Source: Marsupella aquatica
Taxonomy: Eukaryota; Plantae; Marchantiophyta
Reading direction: 5' to 3'
DNA: 64,000 bases
Assembly: GCA_973895155.1 (NCBI GenBank)
Contig: OZ316898.1
Location: 9,039,079 to 9,103,078 of the forward strand
Below the pieces are notes generated by a model. That model was not told the origin of the DNA. It saw only the letters and a list, made by a program, of their open reading frames with translations, and did no database searches. Shown piece after piece: positions 25,784 to 36,688 of the stretch (position 1 is the stretch's first letter; each line of letters begins with the position of its first letter). A program made the position numbers and the translations under genes.

Positions 25784-27967
25784 TTCTGCTAGAATAATAA
25801 TCGATCGAGCTCAGCTCCAAAGCCGCTACTCTAGAACCCAACAGCCTCGATGAATCGATAGGTCTCTTTCAAGAAACTCCAATTCACGGTAAGAGCGCCC
25901 TAAACCTGTTTTCTACAGAAAGCGAGTTCGACGAACAGGCACCAAATAATTGTCGATCGCGCACGACGCAAAGAATGGTACTGAATCAAAATGTCACCTT
26001 CGTGACCATTTATGACCAGTTTTCTTCCGCTCGTGCGTTTTCGTCAGCCCATCGAGAGCGAGACCTTCCGAGGAACGGTCCTTCCCGCCGGCAAAGAGAA
26101 AGGCGTGACGCCGGGATATGGAGTCAATCTGAGCCGTCAGTCCTGGAGGATGAGCGGACTGGATCAAGAGATCGGGTGGGGGACTTAGCACGGGGTACCG
26201 GAAGTTTCCCGCTAAGTTTAGAGGATGCGTGGATCATTCGATCGGGAGGATCCGAGGGTTCATGATTGGACAGTTTGCCGGAACCGTGCGGAGGGATGGC
26301 CACGTAAAATGGGGCGTATGTCGGGGGCCTTCCGCTCGGCCTTTTCGGCCACTCTGGTCAAGGCCGGCTGGTCGTCCTAGACGGTGACCGTTCGGGGTGT
26401 CGAACGGCCGTCGGTGCACCGCTGTAGTGCTCTGTGGGAGTGTGATTCACAGTACAGTGATGCAGTCAGGTTCGACGGCGGATGGATTCAACGGCGTGCG
26501 AAATTGGATGGTCGCGAGGTCGAATCGCACAACTGCTCCCTCAAGATTTGGCCTCCGTCTGTTGGTGTTTACCACTCATTGGCGAATAGACAGTAATGAC
26601 GAAACGGGCGAATCTGATTGGGCGACACTGGGCAAATGCCGTGGGTGGGTTTGTGTCAACTGTGGGGTTAAATTGCGACTATCCACCAGGTTGAGGGAAC
26701 AAAATTCTCCACTTTTTTAGTTTTTAAAACGAATATTATTGAGTAGTTTTGGAAACCTGGATCCACCAGGGTTATTTTGGGGCAGTGGCCCTTTAAAGGG
26801 CCTTTGGCCAGGTATGTGTCTAGCAAACCATATATATAAGAGAGCCAAGAGACAGGAACACCAAACTGAGAGACATGATCCCAAAGGCAAAAACAAAAAC
26901 CAAGGAAGGGAGAGAAAAAGGAGTTGGTTGTTGTGGTGCTCTTTGACCACCACATTCTCTTTCCCTCAGGAACTAGTATACCCTCATTCCATATTTGCTC
27001 AGACCTGCAGGAAACATTAATTAATTTCCATTTTTAGACTTAATGCAAGGCAAGAACATTATTCTATTGTTTTAATTTTTATTTACTAAAGCAACATGTA
27101 CACTGAAAAGTCAGTGTTTACAAAGGGATGCTTAAAATGTTCTTATGAATTTTTTCTAGGTTTCACAAGGACCCCAAAAAATTTGGTCAGTCAGACCCAA
27201 ACCTTCCATACTTATTTATTTTTTGCATGAACCAAGATGACACTTTGGTAAAGTAAACCCATGTACCCAGTGAACACTCGCACCCAATACCTGGACATAT
27301 CCAATTAAATGTCCACATTAAACTGGGTCAGAGTATGAGAATGCCAGATTGGGTGGGATAGCATTGCATTGTAAACAGGTCTGTGACCAAAGACGGTTTG
27401 GTTATGGACCCCACTAGAGGTCCCTTCCAAAACCTGAGACTCCACAGTGCGTCACGTCATCATGACACGCTCCAAACAGGTATGGATTGGTTTACAAAAT
27501 AAAATTACTTCACCGTTCGTGTTTGTGGCAGGATTTTGGTAAAATTGAGGATGCCATGCCGTAAACCTTGATGTAAAAATGCTTGAAAAATAACTATTTT
27601 ATTTACCCTAGGTAGCAGACTGTTCAATTAGTAGGAGGCCCACCTTCCGTGTTTTTTACCCTGAGCAACCGCTGCCCACTCGCATTCTGAATTGTATTTC
27701 AATTGAATAATAACTAACTCTCTCTCGGCAAGTTGATCTGATGACAAAGTAATCGTGGCAATTTTCTCGACCTTCTGCTGCCACGAAGGAAGAAGTGGAC
27801 ATGATTCTATGTTGCATCACTCAACACTCCTTTCCATGGCGTCATCATTGCAGTTCCTAACTCGATGATGCCTCTCGTTACTGTTAGATTGTCCAACGCA
27901 TGAGGCACGAGCGAACGAAAGAGAAGCAAGCTTAGCAGGGTTCAGTAAGGGCCTCGTCTACGTGTAG

Positions 27968-28096
27968 ATGGTGTTGAAGAGCCTGGACATGAAAGAAGGA
28001 CATAGTTATAAGAAGTGTCAGCAGATGATCAAGGGAGTCTATGCGGACGGTAATGGGAAGGTGGACTTTCAGGAGTTCAAGGGGTACACGAACTAA
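27968..28096 (+). pseudogene. Calmodulin-like (CML) C-terminal EF-hand gene fragment
   Basis: MVLKSLDMKEGHSYKKCQQMIKGVYADGNGKVDFQEFKG has an EF-hand loop xxDGNGKVDFQE with the first Asp lost. No N-terminal lobe. Confidence 0.7.
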
Positions 28097-28892
28097 TTAC
28101 GCAAGACTGAATCATCCATCTCCCTCATATAGTCTTGATTGATCTGTTGTTATGGAGCCCAGTGAGAAGTCTGTTGCAAAATTCTTGGCTACTCATCACG
28201 CCACATGAGCGGTTTCCACCACAAACACAAATGGCAATGTGTTTGACAAACAAATACAATTTTTCGTGTTTGCCCTACAAACATGGTTAGACCCAGGAAC
28301 AATAAAAGCTTAAGAAAAGTGAAAATTAAGATGCCAAATTACAAATAGTGGGGGCAAAAAGTAACACTCCTATCATCATTTTCTTTAATTTTCAGATTAT
28401 AATGAATGGTTTTTATATTTGATTAATTTATTTAACAAACAGCAATGACTACCTCTACCTGTTAGATCTGATTGATGAACACATTTGATCATTTCCTAAC
28501 AAAGAAGACCGTGCACGATAGTGCATAATTGTCACAAGAAAGAGGCATGTTGTCAGAGTTCTTAGATAGAGGAATGAAATCCAATGCTGATGATTAAAAG
28601 TGACAAGCTGCACTTTAAACCAGTGGTACTTTAATTAAGTTAGTTACTGTAGTTGTTCATTTGGGATTTTCATGATGTTGTTTCCATGCTACTGGGGTAC
28701 ATTAGCATCCTAAGATGCATCGAAAGAGTATTTTATCCATGAATTGGTTGTCTCAAGCTTGTTTGGGTTGAGATTTTTTATGCAACTACCTAGCTCTGGG
28801 ACTTAGTTACTAAATTTGGATTTTTTCCCAAAACTTCTCAATGACTGTCATCAAACCAATAAGATGAAAGAGTTGAAGGGAATTATTAAACA

Positions 28893-29420
28893 CTAGCTCA
28901 ATACCCGTGTGTTGCACAAAAGAAATCGTGTCGGCCAAGATGTTGTTGAGAAAAAAAGATGTCTTGTCTGCCAAGAGGTCGTTGAGAGAAAATATGTCGT
29001 GTTAGCCAAGTGGTCGTGGAGACAAAAGATGTCATGTCGGCCGAGACATTGTTGAGGGAAAATACCCATGTGTTGCACAAAAGATGTCATGTCGCCCAAG
29101 ATGTTGTTATGTGGAAGATGTCATGAAGTAAAAAGATGTTGTTAAGCAAAAAGAAGTCATGCCAAAGATGCCATTATGTGAAATATGTTGTTAAGAAAAA
29201 TGTGTCATTTTGCCAAAGATATAGTGAAGTAAAAGATGTTATAAGAAAACAGGTGTTGTTTCATCCAAGTTGTCATTATGTGAAAGATGTTTTGAAATAA
29301 AAATTCAAGGAGAGAAGGAGCAAGTCTTTTTCATTGTTTTTTTTTACCCAAAATGCCCCTGCATTTGAATGACAACCACTCTATAAATTGGCACAACGTT
29401 ATATTATCGGTTTCAGGTAT
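28893..29420 (-). mobile_element. Non-autonomous Helitron copy C
   Basis: Minus-strand 3' end TGTGCAACACACGGGTATTGAGCTAG|T; AAGATGT arrays; diverged 5' end near 29360-29420. Confidence 0.7.
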
Positions 29421-29454
29421 AGGGTTTAGCAAAGATGATTATTATGTCGGTATC

Positions 29455-30207
29455 CTTTCAATCCCCGTGCGTTGCATAAAAGATGTTGTTTGGTTAAAGA
29501 CAACCACAAAAGTATAACAAAATGAGAGGTGTACCTTAACCTCCCACTTTAAATTCCCCATTTTCCTATATTTGGTCTTCTCTTTTTCACATCCACCATC
29601 ACTCCACTCGTTGTCCCCCCCCTCTCCCCACCCATGTGAGATCGAGGGGCTACCCTACTTTGCGAGTGTGCCCGTCACCTGACACCTTGCCATCAACACC
29701 CATGCCATGCGCCTCACTATGTCTTTGGACCATATTATTTTTGTTTTTTGGCATTGAAAATGACACTGCAAATGACTGTAAAAATCACCACAAATATTGG
29801 GAGAGTAGTTTTTTATTGATCTAGTGACTAAAATATTATTAGCAATTAAACTATTCTGGCCAGTATTACAAAAAATTATGATGCACACAATATGTACAAT
29901 GAATATGTACAATACTTACTTGCATGGATGTATTTGGTTGATCCTCGTGCATTGATCCTTTTGCATTGTGCTAAAGTCTCCCACTTCTTCTTTTCTGTGT
30001 CTAGTATTATTATTCTTGCTTGACTTGTGTCTAGTATGATTATTCTTGCTTGTCTTGGGCACTGGTGCAACTTTTTGCGATTCACACTAACCTCAACTTA
30101 CACTTTGGTTTTATTGCTTACCTTTGACCAAATTTTTTAATTTTTGTGCCCTGCAAATTTGAACTACGAATACTCTAAAAAGTGAAGCAACTGTGTACTA
30201 TATGTGT
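29455..30207 (-). mobile_element. Degenerate Helitron copy D, head-to-tail with copy A
   Basis: tcaatccccgtgcgttgcataaaagatg 3'-end motif at ~29458; 5'-end-like gtgtactata at ~30193-30202. Confidence 0.5.
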
Positions 30208-32005
30208 ATAGCTCAATACCCATGCTTTGCACAAAAGATGTCGTGTCTCCCAAGATATCGTATCCTCTAAGATGTTGTTAAGACAAAAAAGATGTTGTGT
30301 TGCCCACGATGTAGTTAAGAAAAAATATATTGTGTCGCCCAAGACGTTGTTAAGAAAAAAAGATGTGGTATCGCCCAAGATGTCGTTAAGAAAGAAAATG
30401 TCGTGTCGCCCAGCTGAAGATGTCATTACAAAAAAATGTTGTGTCGCCCAATGTTGTGTCGCCCAATGTGTCATTAATAAAGAAAAAAGATATTGTGTCA
30501 CCCAAGATGTACTTAAGAAAAATAATATTATGTCACCCAGAATGTCCTTAAGACAAAAGATATCGAATCAACCAAGATATTGTTAAGAAACAAAATGTTG
30601 TGGCACCCAATATGTCCTTATGAAAAGAAATGCCACGTTGCCCAAGATGTAGTTACGAGAAAAGTTGTCGTTAAGTAAAACAGACGTTAGGACAAAAGTT
30701 GCACAAAAGATGGTGTGGTGAGAAAAAGATGTTGAAGTGAAAAATAGATGTTGAGGTGAGAAAAAGAAGTTGAAGTGAGAAAAAGATGTCAAAGAGAGAA
30801 ATGTTGAGGTGAGAAAAAGATGTTGAGGTGAACAAAGATGTTGATGAGAAAAAACGATGTTGAGCTAAGAAAAAGAAGTAGAGCAAAAACTATGTCAAGG
30901 AGAGCAAAGATGGCGATATGAGAAAAATATGTGAAGATGAGGAAAAGATGTCGAGAGTGAGGGAAAGATGTTGTGGTGAGATAAAAATGTGAAGGTGAGA
31001 AACAGGTCAGATGTCGAGGTGAAAACAAATGTCAATGAGAAAAAGAGATGTTGAGGTGAGACAATGACGTCAAGGTGAAGAAAAGATGGCAAGGAGAGAA
31101 AAAGATGTTGAGGAGAGAAAACATGTCGAGGGTGAGAGAAAAATGTGAAGGTGAGATAAAGATGTCAAGGTGAGAAAAGATGTTGAGTCAGGTGCGAAAA
31201 TATATCGAGGAGAGAAACACACATCAAGGACCTAAACGATGTTGAGGGTGAGAAAAAATTGTCGTGAGAAAAATATGTCAAGGCAAGGTAGAGACTGAGA
31301 TAATAGTCACCGCAACATAGAGTCCAAGCACAACCAAGTGACAGAAAAAAATATGTTTTTTATTTAAAAATTTTAGAGAAATTAATATCATATATATTAT
31401 TTATACTCAAGAATTTTCAAAAATTTAAAGTTATTATCCAATTCCTTAAGTCTCAATTTTAATTTCACCTCGACATCTGACCTGTTCACATTTTAAACTC
31501 ACCTTCGACATTAATCTTGGTTGGGTTTGGGTAGGGTATGGGTAGCTTGGGCAGAGATAATTGAGATTAATAGAGACCTGGATGGATTTTACAGTTGCAG
31601 AAAAACAAAGTTTTATTTAAGACAGAGGATTGTTTCCATTTTTTCTTGGGTTTGTAAATAATACCATATCCATTTTTAGAGGATAAGGTATATAGTGACT
31701 TATGATACTCTTGCATACAAGAGCTTTAGGTACCTTTTTGCCTTTTGTTTCCATCATTAGATTCCTTTTTGTGTGAAAAGTGCATGCAACAAGGTTAGTT
31801 ACATTTTGTTCCATTTTTTTGTTTTGCGTGTCCACCAATTGATTACTGTTTGTGTGAAAAGATTTCCTGTACTTTTTGGTTCACTCTATATTTAATTTGC
31901 TTTTGGTTTTATCCCTTCTCTTTGTTGATTACTTCTTTTTTTGGCACTGTATTTTTGAATGACAACCACGGAAAAAAAGGCCCAACAGTGTATTATAGTT
32001 TAGGA
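30208..32005 (-). mobile_element. Non-autonomous Helitron copy A with minisatellite arrays
   Basis: 5' end A|TCCTAAACTATAATACAC (32005). 3' end GCAAAGCATGGGTATTGAGCTAT (degenerate CTAG). Colinear with copy B. Confidence 0.75.
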
Positions 32006-32294
32006 TGGAAGAAAAAAGTGAGATAGGATTAGGGACCAAATTATGGGTGGAAGGTTAGAGCGGGCAAGATAGGGAAAGAAACATGGGCTTTTAATTTTAG
32101 TATCAATAAACATTATATATATATAAAATTTCTCATTTAACCGCTAACAATGGCCCAACACAAAAACATGACCAAGGCCATTTTTGTAAACCAGGCCGCT
32201 TGCTAGTTGAGTCAGTTCATGAGCTCAATTATGAGCTCATCTTGCGAATTGTTGGAAATGTTTGGCTTCAAGTGCCACCAGATGACATTGTATA

Positions 32295-34579
32295 CTAGCT
32301 CAATACCTGTGCGTTGCACAAAAGATGCCATGTCATCCAAGATGTCGTTAAGAAAAAAAGATGTCGTGGCACCTAAGATGTTATTAAGACAAAAAGATGT
32401 TGTGTCGCCCAAGATGTCATTAAGAAAAAATATGCAGCACTGTCGCCCAAGATGTCGTTAAGATTTTGTGTTGCCCAATATGCCATTAAGGAAAAAAATG
32501 TGTGGTTTTGCCGAAGGTGTCATTAAGAAAAAAGATGTCGTGTCACCCAAGATGTCGTTGAGAAAGAAAATGTTGTGTCGCCAAAGATGTCCTGAAGAAA
32601 ACTAATGTCGTGTCGCCCAAGGTGTCGTTAAGAAAAATGTCGTGTCACCCAAGATGTCGTTAAGAAAAAAATGTCGTGGCACCCAATATGTACTTAAGAA
32701 AAAAGATGTTGTGTCACCCAAGATGTCGTTAATAAAAAAGATGTTGTGGCACCCAAGATGTTGTTAAGAGAAAAGTTGACGTTAAGTAAAAACTATGTTG
32801 TTAAGACAAAAGTTGCACAAAAGATGGTGTGGTGAGAAAAAGTAGTTGAAGTGAGAAAAAGATGTCGAGGCGAGGAGAAGATGTCGAGGTGAACAAAGAT
32901 GTTGATGAGAAAAAGAGATGTCGAGCTGAGAAAAAGAAGTCGAGCAAAAAATATATCAAGGAGAGAAAAGGGCAATGTGAGAAAAATATGTGGAGATAAG
33001 GGAAAGATGTTGTGGTGAGATAAAAATGTGACAATGAGGAAAAGGTCAGATGTTGAGGTGAAAACAAATGTCAATTCAATGAGAAAAAGAGACGTTGAGG
33101 TGAGGCAAAGAAGTCAAGGTGAAAAAAAGATGTCCAGGAGAGAAAACATGGCGAGATGAAAAAAAGATGTAAAGATGAGGAAAATATGTTGAGGAGAGAA
33201 AAGATGTTGAGGGTGAGGGAAAGATGTTGTGGTGAGAGAAAGATGGTAAGGTGAGAAAAAGATAAGATGTCGATGTGAGAAAAGACGTGGAGGTGAGGAA
33301 AAGATGTCGAGCCAAATGATAAAATATATGGAGGAGAGAAACAAAAATCAAGGACCTAAAAGATATCGAGTCAGATGAGAAAATATATGAAGGAAAGAAA
33401 CAAAATCAAGGACCTAAAAGATGTTGAGGGTGAGAAAAAAATTGTCTTGGTGAGATAAAGATGTAAATATTGTGAGGCAAGATGAGAGATGTCAAGGCAA
33501 GGTAGAGTTGTTGTGGTGGTGTTCAACAACTCATGCATTTGCACATAGAAATTGACGACGCGAGATAACGGTCACTGTAACATAGAGTCCAAGCACAACC
33601 GAATGATACAAAAAATTAGTTTTTAATTTTTTTAGAGAAATTAATATTTTATACATTTGATTTATACTCAAGTTTTACCAAAACTTTAAGGCTAATATCC
33701 AATTCTTTAAAAATCAATTTTAATAATTAGTTTTTAATTAATATTGAATAAATTTGTTATCTTTGTCAAGTTTGGGCTAGGCTAGGGGTAGCGTGGTTAG
33801 CTTGGGCAGAGGTAATTGAGATTAATAGGGGTATGTGTTAGATATTGCTCTAGTCTTGTGACTCATGAGCTAACCACAGTTAGTCTAACTCGGGTTAGGA
33901 CTTAGCTAATGTTAGCGCTAGTGCTGTTGTGCATAAAGCTAGGGCTGATGCCAGACCCTAATGGAACTTAGGCTCATTGTTATGGAGCTAGTTGAGAGAT
34001 AGGGAGAGCTTGTGCTGTGGATGTTTGGTATGACCGGTCGGCCTAGAGTGCAGTAAAGCTCTTGTGTGTTTTCGTGGACGTAGCCTCATGTGGAGGTGAA
34101 CCACGTATATTTCTGTGTCGACTATTGTGCGTTGGATGGTTCATGGGCTTGTCGTTACAAATGTCGTCTATGCTCAACAGTATGGATGGATCCAGCGGTT
34201 GCAAAAAAAAATAATTTTCAACTAAGGGCTAAGATTTGTTCCCATTTTTTCTTGAGTTTGTAAATGTACCCTTTCTAGAGTAAATGATATTATAGTGACT
34301 TATAGTGCATTCAATATTGTTTTCTTGTGTATCTATGATGGTACAGTCAGGTTTCTTCTTGATACTCGTGCATACAATTGAGTTAGTTTCATTTTTGTCT
34401 TTTGTCTCCACCATTTGATTCCCTTTTGTGTGAAAAAATTTACTGTACTTTTTGTCCACTCTATATTTAATTCGTTTTTGGTTTTATCCCTTGTGTCTAT
34501 AGATTACCTTTTTTGTTAGCACTGCATTTTTGAATGATGAGCACTGGAGAAAAGGTGCAGAGTGTATTATAGTTTAGGA
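32295..34579 (-). mobile_element. Non-autonomous Helitron copy B (contains nested solo LTR)
   Basis: 5' A|TCCTAAACTATAATACAC; 3' hairpin TGTGC-AAC-GCACA then GGTATTGAG-CTAG|T. Inserted between A and T with no TSD. Arrays of gtcgcccaagatgtcgttaagaaaaa and gatgttgaggtgagaaaa. Confidence 0.85.
33836..34179 (-). mobile_element. Solo LTR, 344 bp (copy 2), nested in Helitron B
   Basis: Reverse complement of 6388-6731; TSD GTATG (33831-33835 / 34180-34184). Confidence 0.88.
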
Positions 34580-36688
34580 TATATGGATGTTGGATATAGC
34601 AGCCCTGGATTTGGTACTTTGCTTTACGTGAAAAAACAAACATTTCAGTTCCTCTACCCTTATTCCTACAATCAGAAACAGCTTGACTATTGATTTACAG
34701 GGCCATCATTTTCCGGAAATGGTTCTTAGTCCTGATATTTCGTTCTCTGTTTTTCAACATCGTCACAAAATTCCTTAAAATTTTAAGCTGCTTTCTTTTC
34801 TAGGCTGTACAAAGAGTTGCTAATTAGGCTAGGTTTAAAACTAAGTAATATATAAGTTATCCAATGTTGGACATCAATACGTACATTGTTGAGCCTGCGT
34901 AATAAAGTATGAACAAGGTTGTTTGGGTAACATCTGTGGTGCTTCAACAAATTTAATTGGTAATTGTAGCAGCCAATTACACTATGTACACTATGTAGTT
35001 TCATGCACTTATCCAATTGAATTGTGCAGTATGCGGGCTTGGGGTATGAGGGTCCAATATGTGTTACCTGAGAATAAGGATGAGTAAGTGCATAAGAGAT
35101 TTCCCATGCACTTACACATAACTCGGATAAGTGCGGACTTGGGAAGTCTTCTTCAGTGGAGCCTGCACTTAGACACTCCAGACTCTTAGATACTCTTAGA
35201 TATTGTAGATTCTACAGTAATGGATACCCTTGTGATCGAATCTACCTTTATCGTTCGTGATTCTCCTAGTCTCGAGTCAACTAAACCCCATACTGCTGTT
35301 TACTTTGTGAAATCGCTACTGACTCCTTGCTGTGAATCTTTGTGTACTCATATCGCAGCGTTTACTCAACCAAAAGTTTTGCTCTTGGGCTTGTTCGGAT
35401 GACATTAGAAAATGCTTTCCAACCACACCCTAGTTGTCTTTCCGGTTGTCTTTTTCTGCAGGTTGTCACATCAATCCACCAAAAAATCCTATATTCTTCT
35501 CTTGCATGCAAATTTTGGGATTTGTGTCAATTCCCAGTTCACATTGCGTCCTCGTCTCTCTCTCTCAAACTCAGAGTAACTCAGAGTGCGTGGGCTCGTT
35601 GGATGTGCACACTGACTACTTAAAGTAGATGATGAATTTCCGGGATACTACCGCCATGGTGAGGATTTTACACAATGTCGCGTTCATTTGTGAAAGCGTC
35701 TGGGAAGCCCACCTCGATCAGGCAAGTAGAAAGCGGAGGACGCGCTGGCGCTGATTCAATGCAAGCGCAAAAAGGACCCAGGAAAACACAAAGCGAACTT
35801 CGAGAGTGCATTGATTAGTTGCTGAATGTCGAGCTGGGTCGTGGGCACAGGCGGGTTATCCGGTAGGACAAGGATACCGGAGACAGCTCGGAGAATCCGG
35901 TCAACAAAAATGTCCAGTACATCTACAGCGGTGAGGGACAACCCCGGGGACAACAACTGCAAATGTCACATCAAAGACAGGTGAGCATTCATTTTGATAT
36001 GATATGCTGTGCACTGTTTTGGGTAGTTTCTGAACTCGGTGAAATCAATTGATAGTAGATGGTCGACCTTTTGGCTGCAGGGATCGAGCCTCCTTATGTC
36101 ATGAGCGGTCCTGGTGCTTTTAAGGGTGTTTAATTAATTCATCTTGAAGGAATTAATTGATCGACTCAGCATCACATCATGGAGTGTCAGCAGCGACTTC
36201 CATTGTCGATCCTCTCGTCCTGCTGATGGGTACTGCCGGTTGGGATAATTCTTGTATGGGTGCACTAAGGAAGTGGACAGTATTAGTCTCATGAGGAAAG
36301 TTCTTAGAAGTCTACCATTTCCACACTCGGGGTCCGGGGGAGAGAGAGAGTTCCCGTCTTAACGTCCCGCTTCTGAGAGCTCAGACAGGGAGATTGTCAA
36401 CGTTTATTTGAAGTACGAATTTCATAGATCCTGAAAATCCCTCTTGAGTTGATCCGGGCTTACAACCCGGCTTACAATTGTGTTACAGGGAGCTTCAATC
36501 GCCGTCTCATGACCGTTTCGGTGATTCGCGAGCATATCTTGGAGGGCTATTTGGTTTCTTTCAGTCCCCCTGGTTTCTAGTTTTAGGTTCAGATTAAGCG
36601 AGGTTCCTCCTAATACGAGGTAGTGTTTTTCTAGTTCGGGACACGCGCATAGGAAAAGTTATCCAAGCACTCTTCCCAGACTGACAGC

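Noticed and set aside
30175-33351. Many F/S/T/H-rich or K-rich ORFs
   Set aside because: They are translations of the minisatellite arrays, not genes.
28893-33500. CRISPR-like appearance of regularly repeated AAGATGTC units
   Set aside because: The units are degenerate with no unique spacers, no cas genes are present and the context is eukaryotic; they are explained as Helitron-internal minisatellites.
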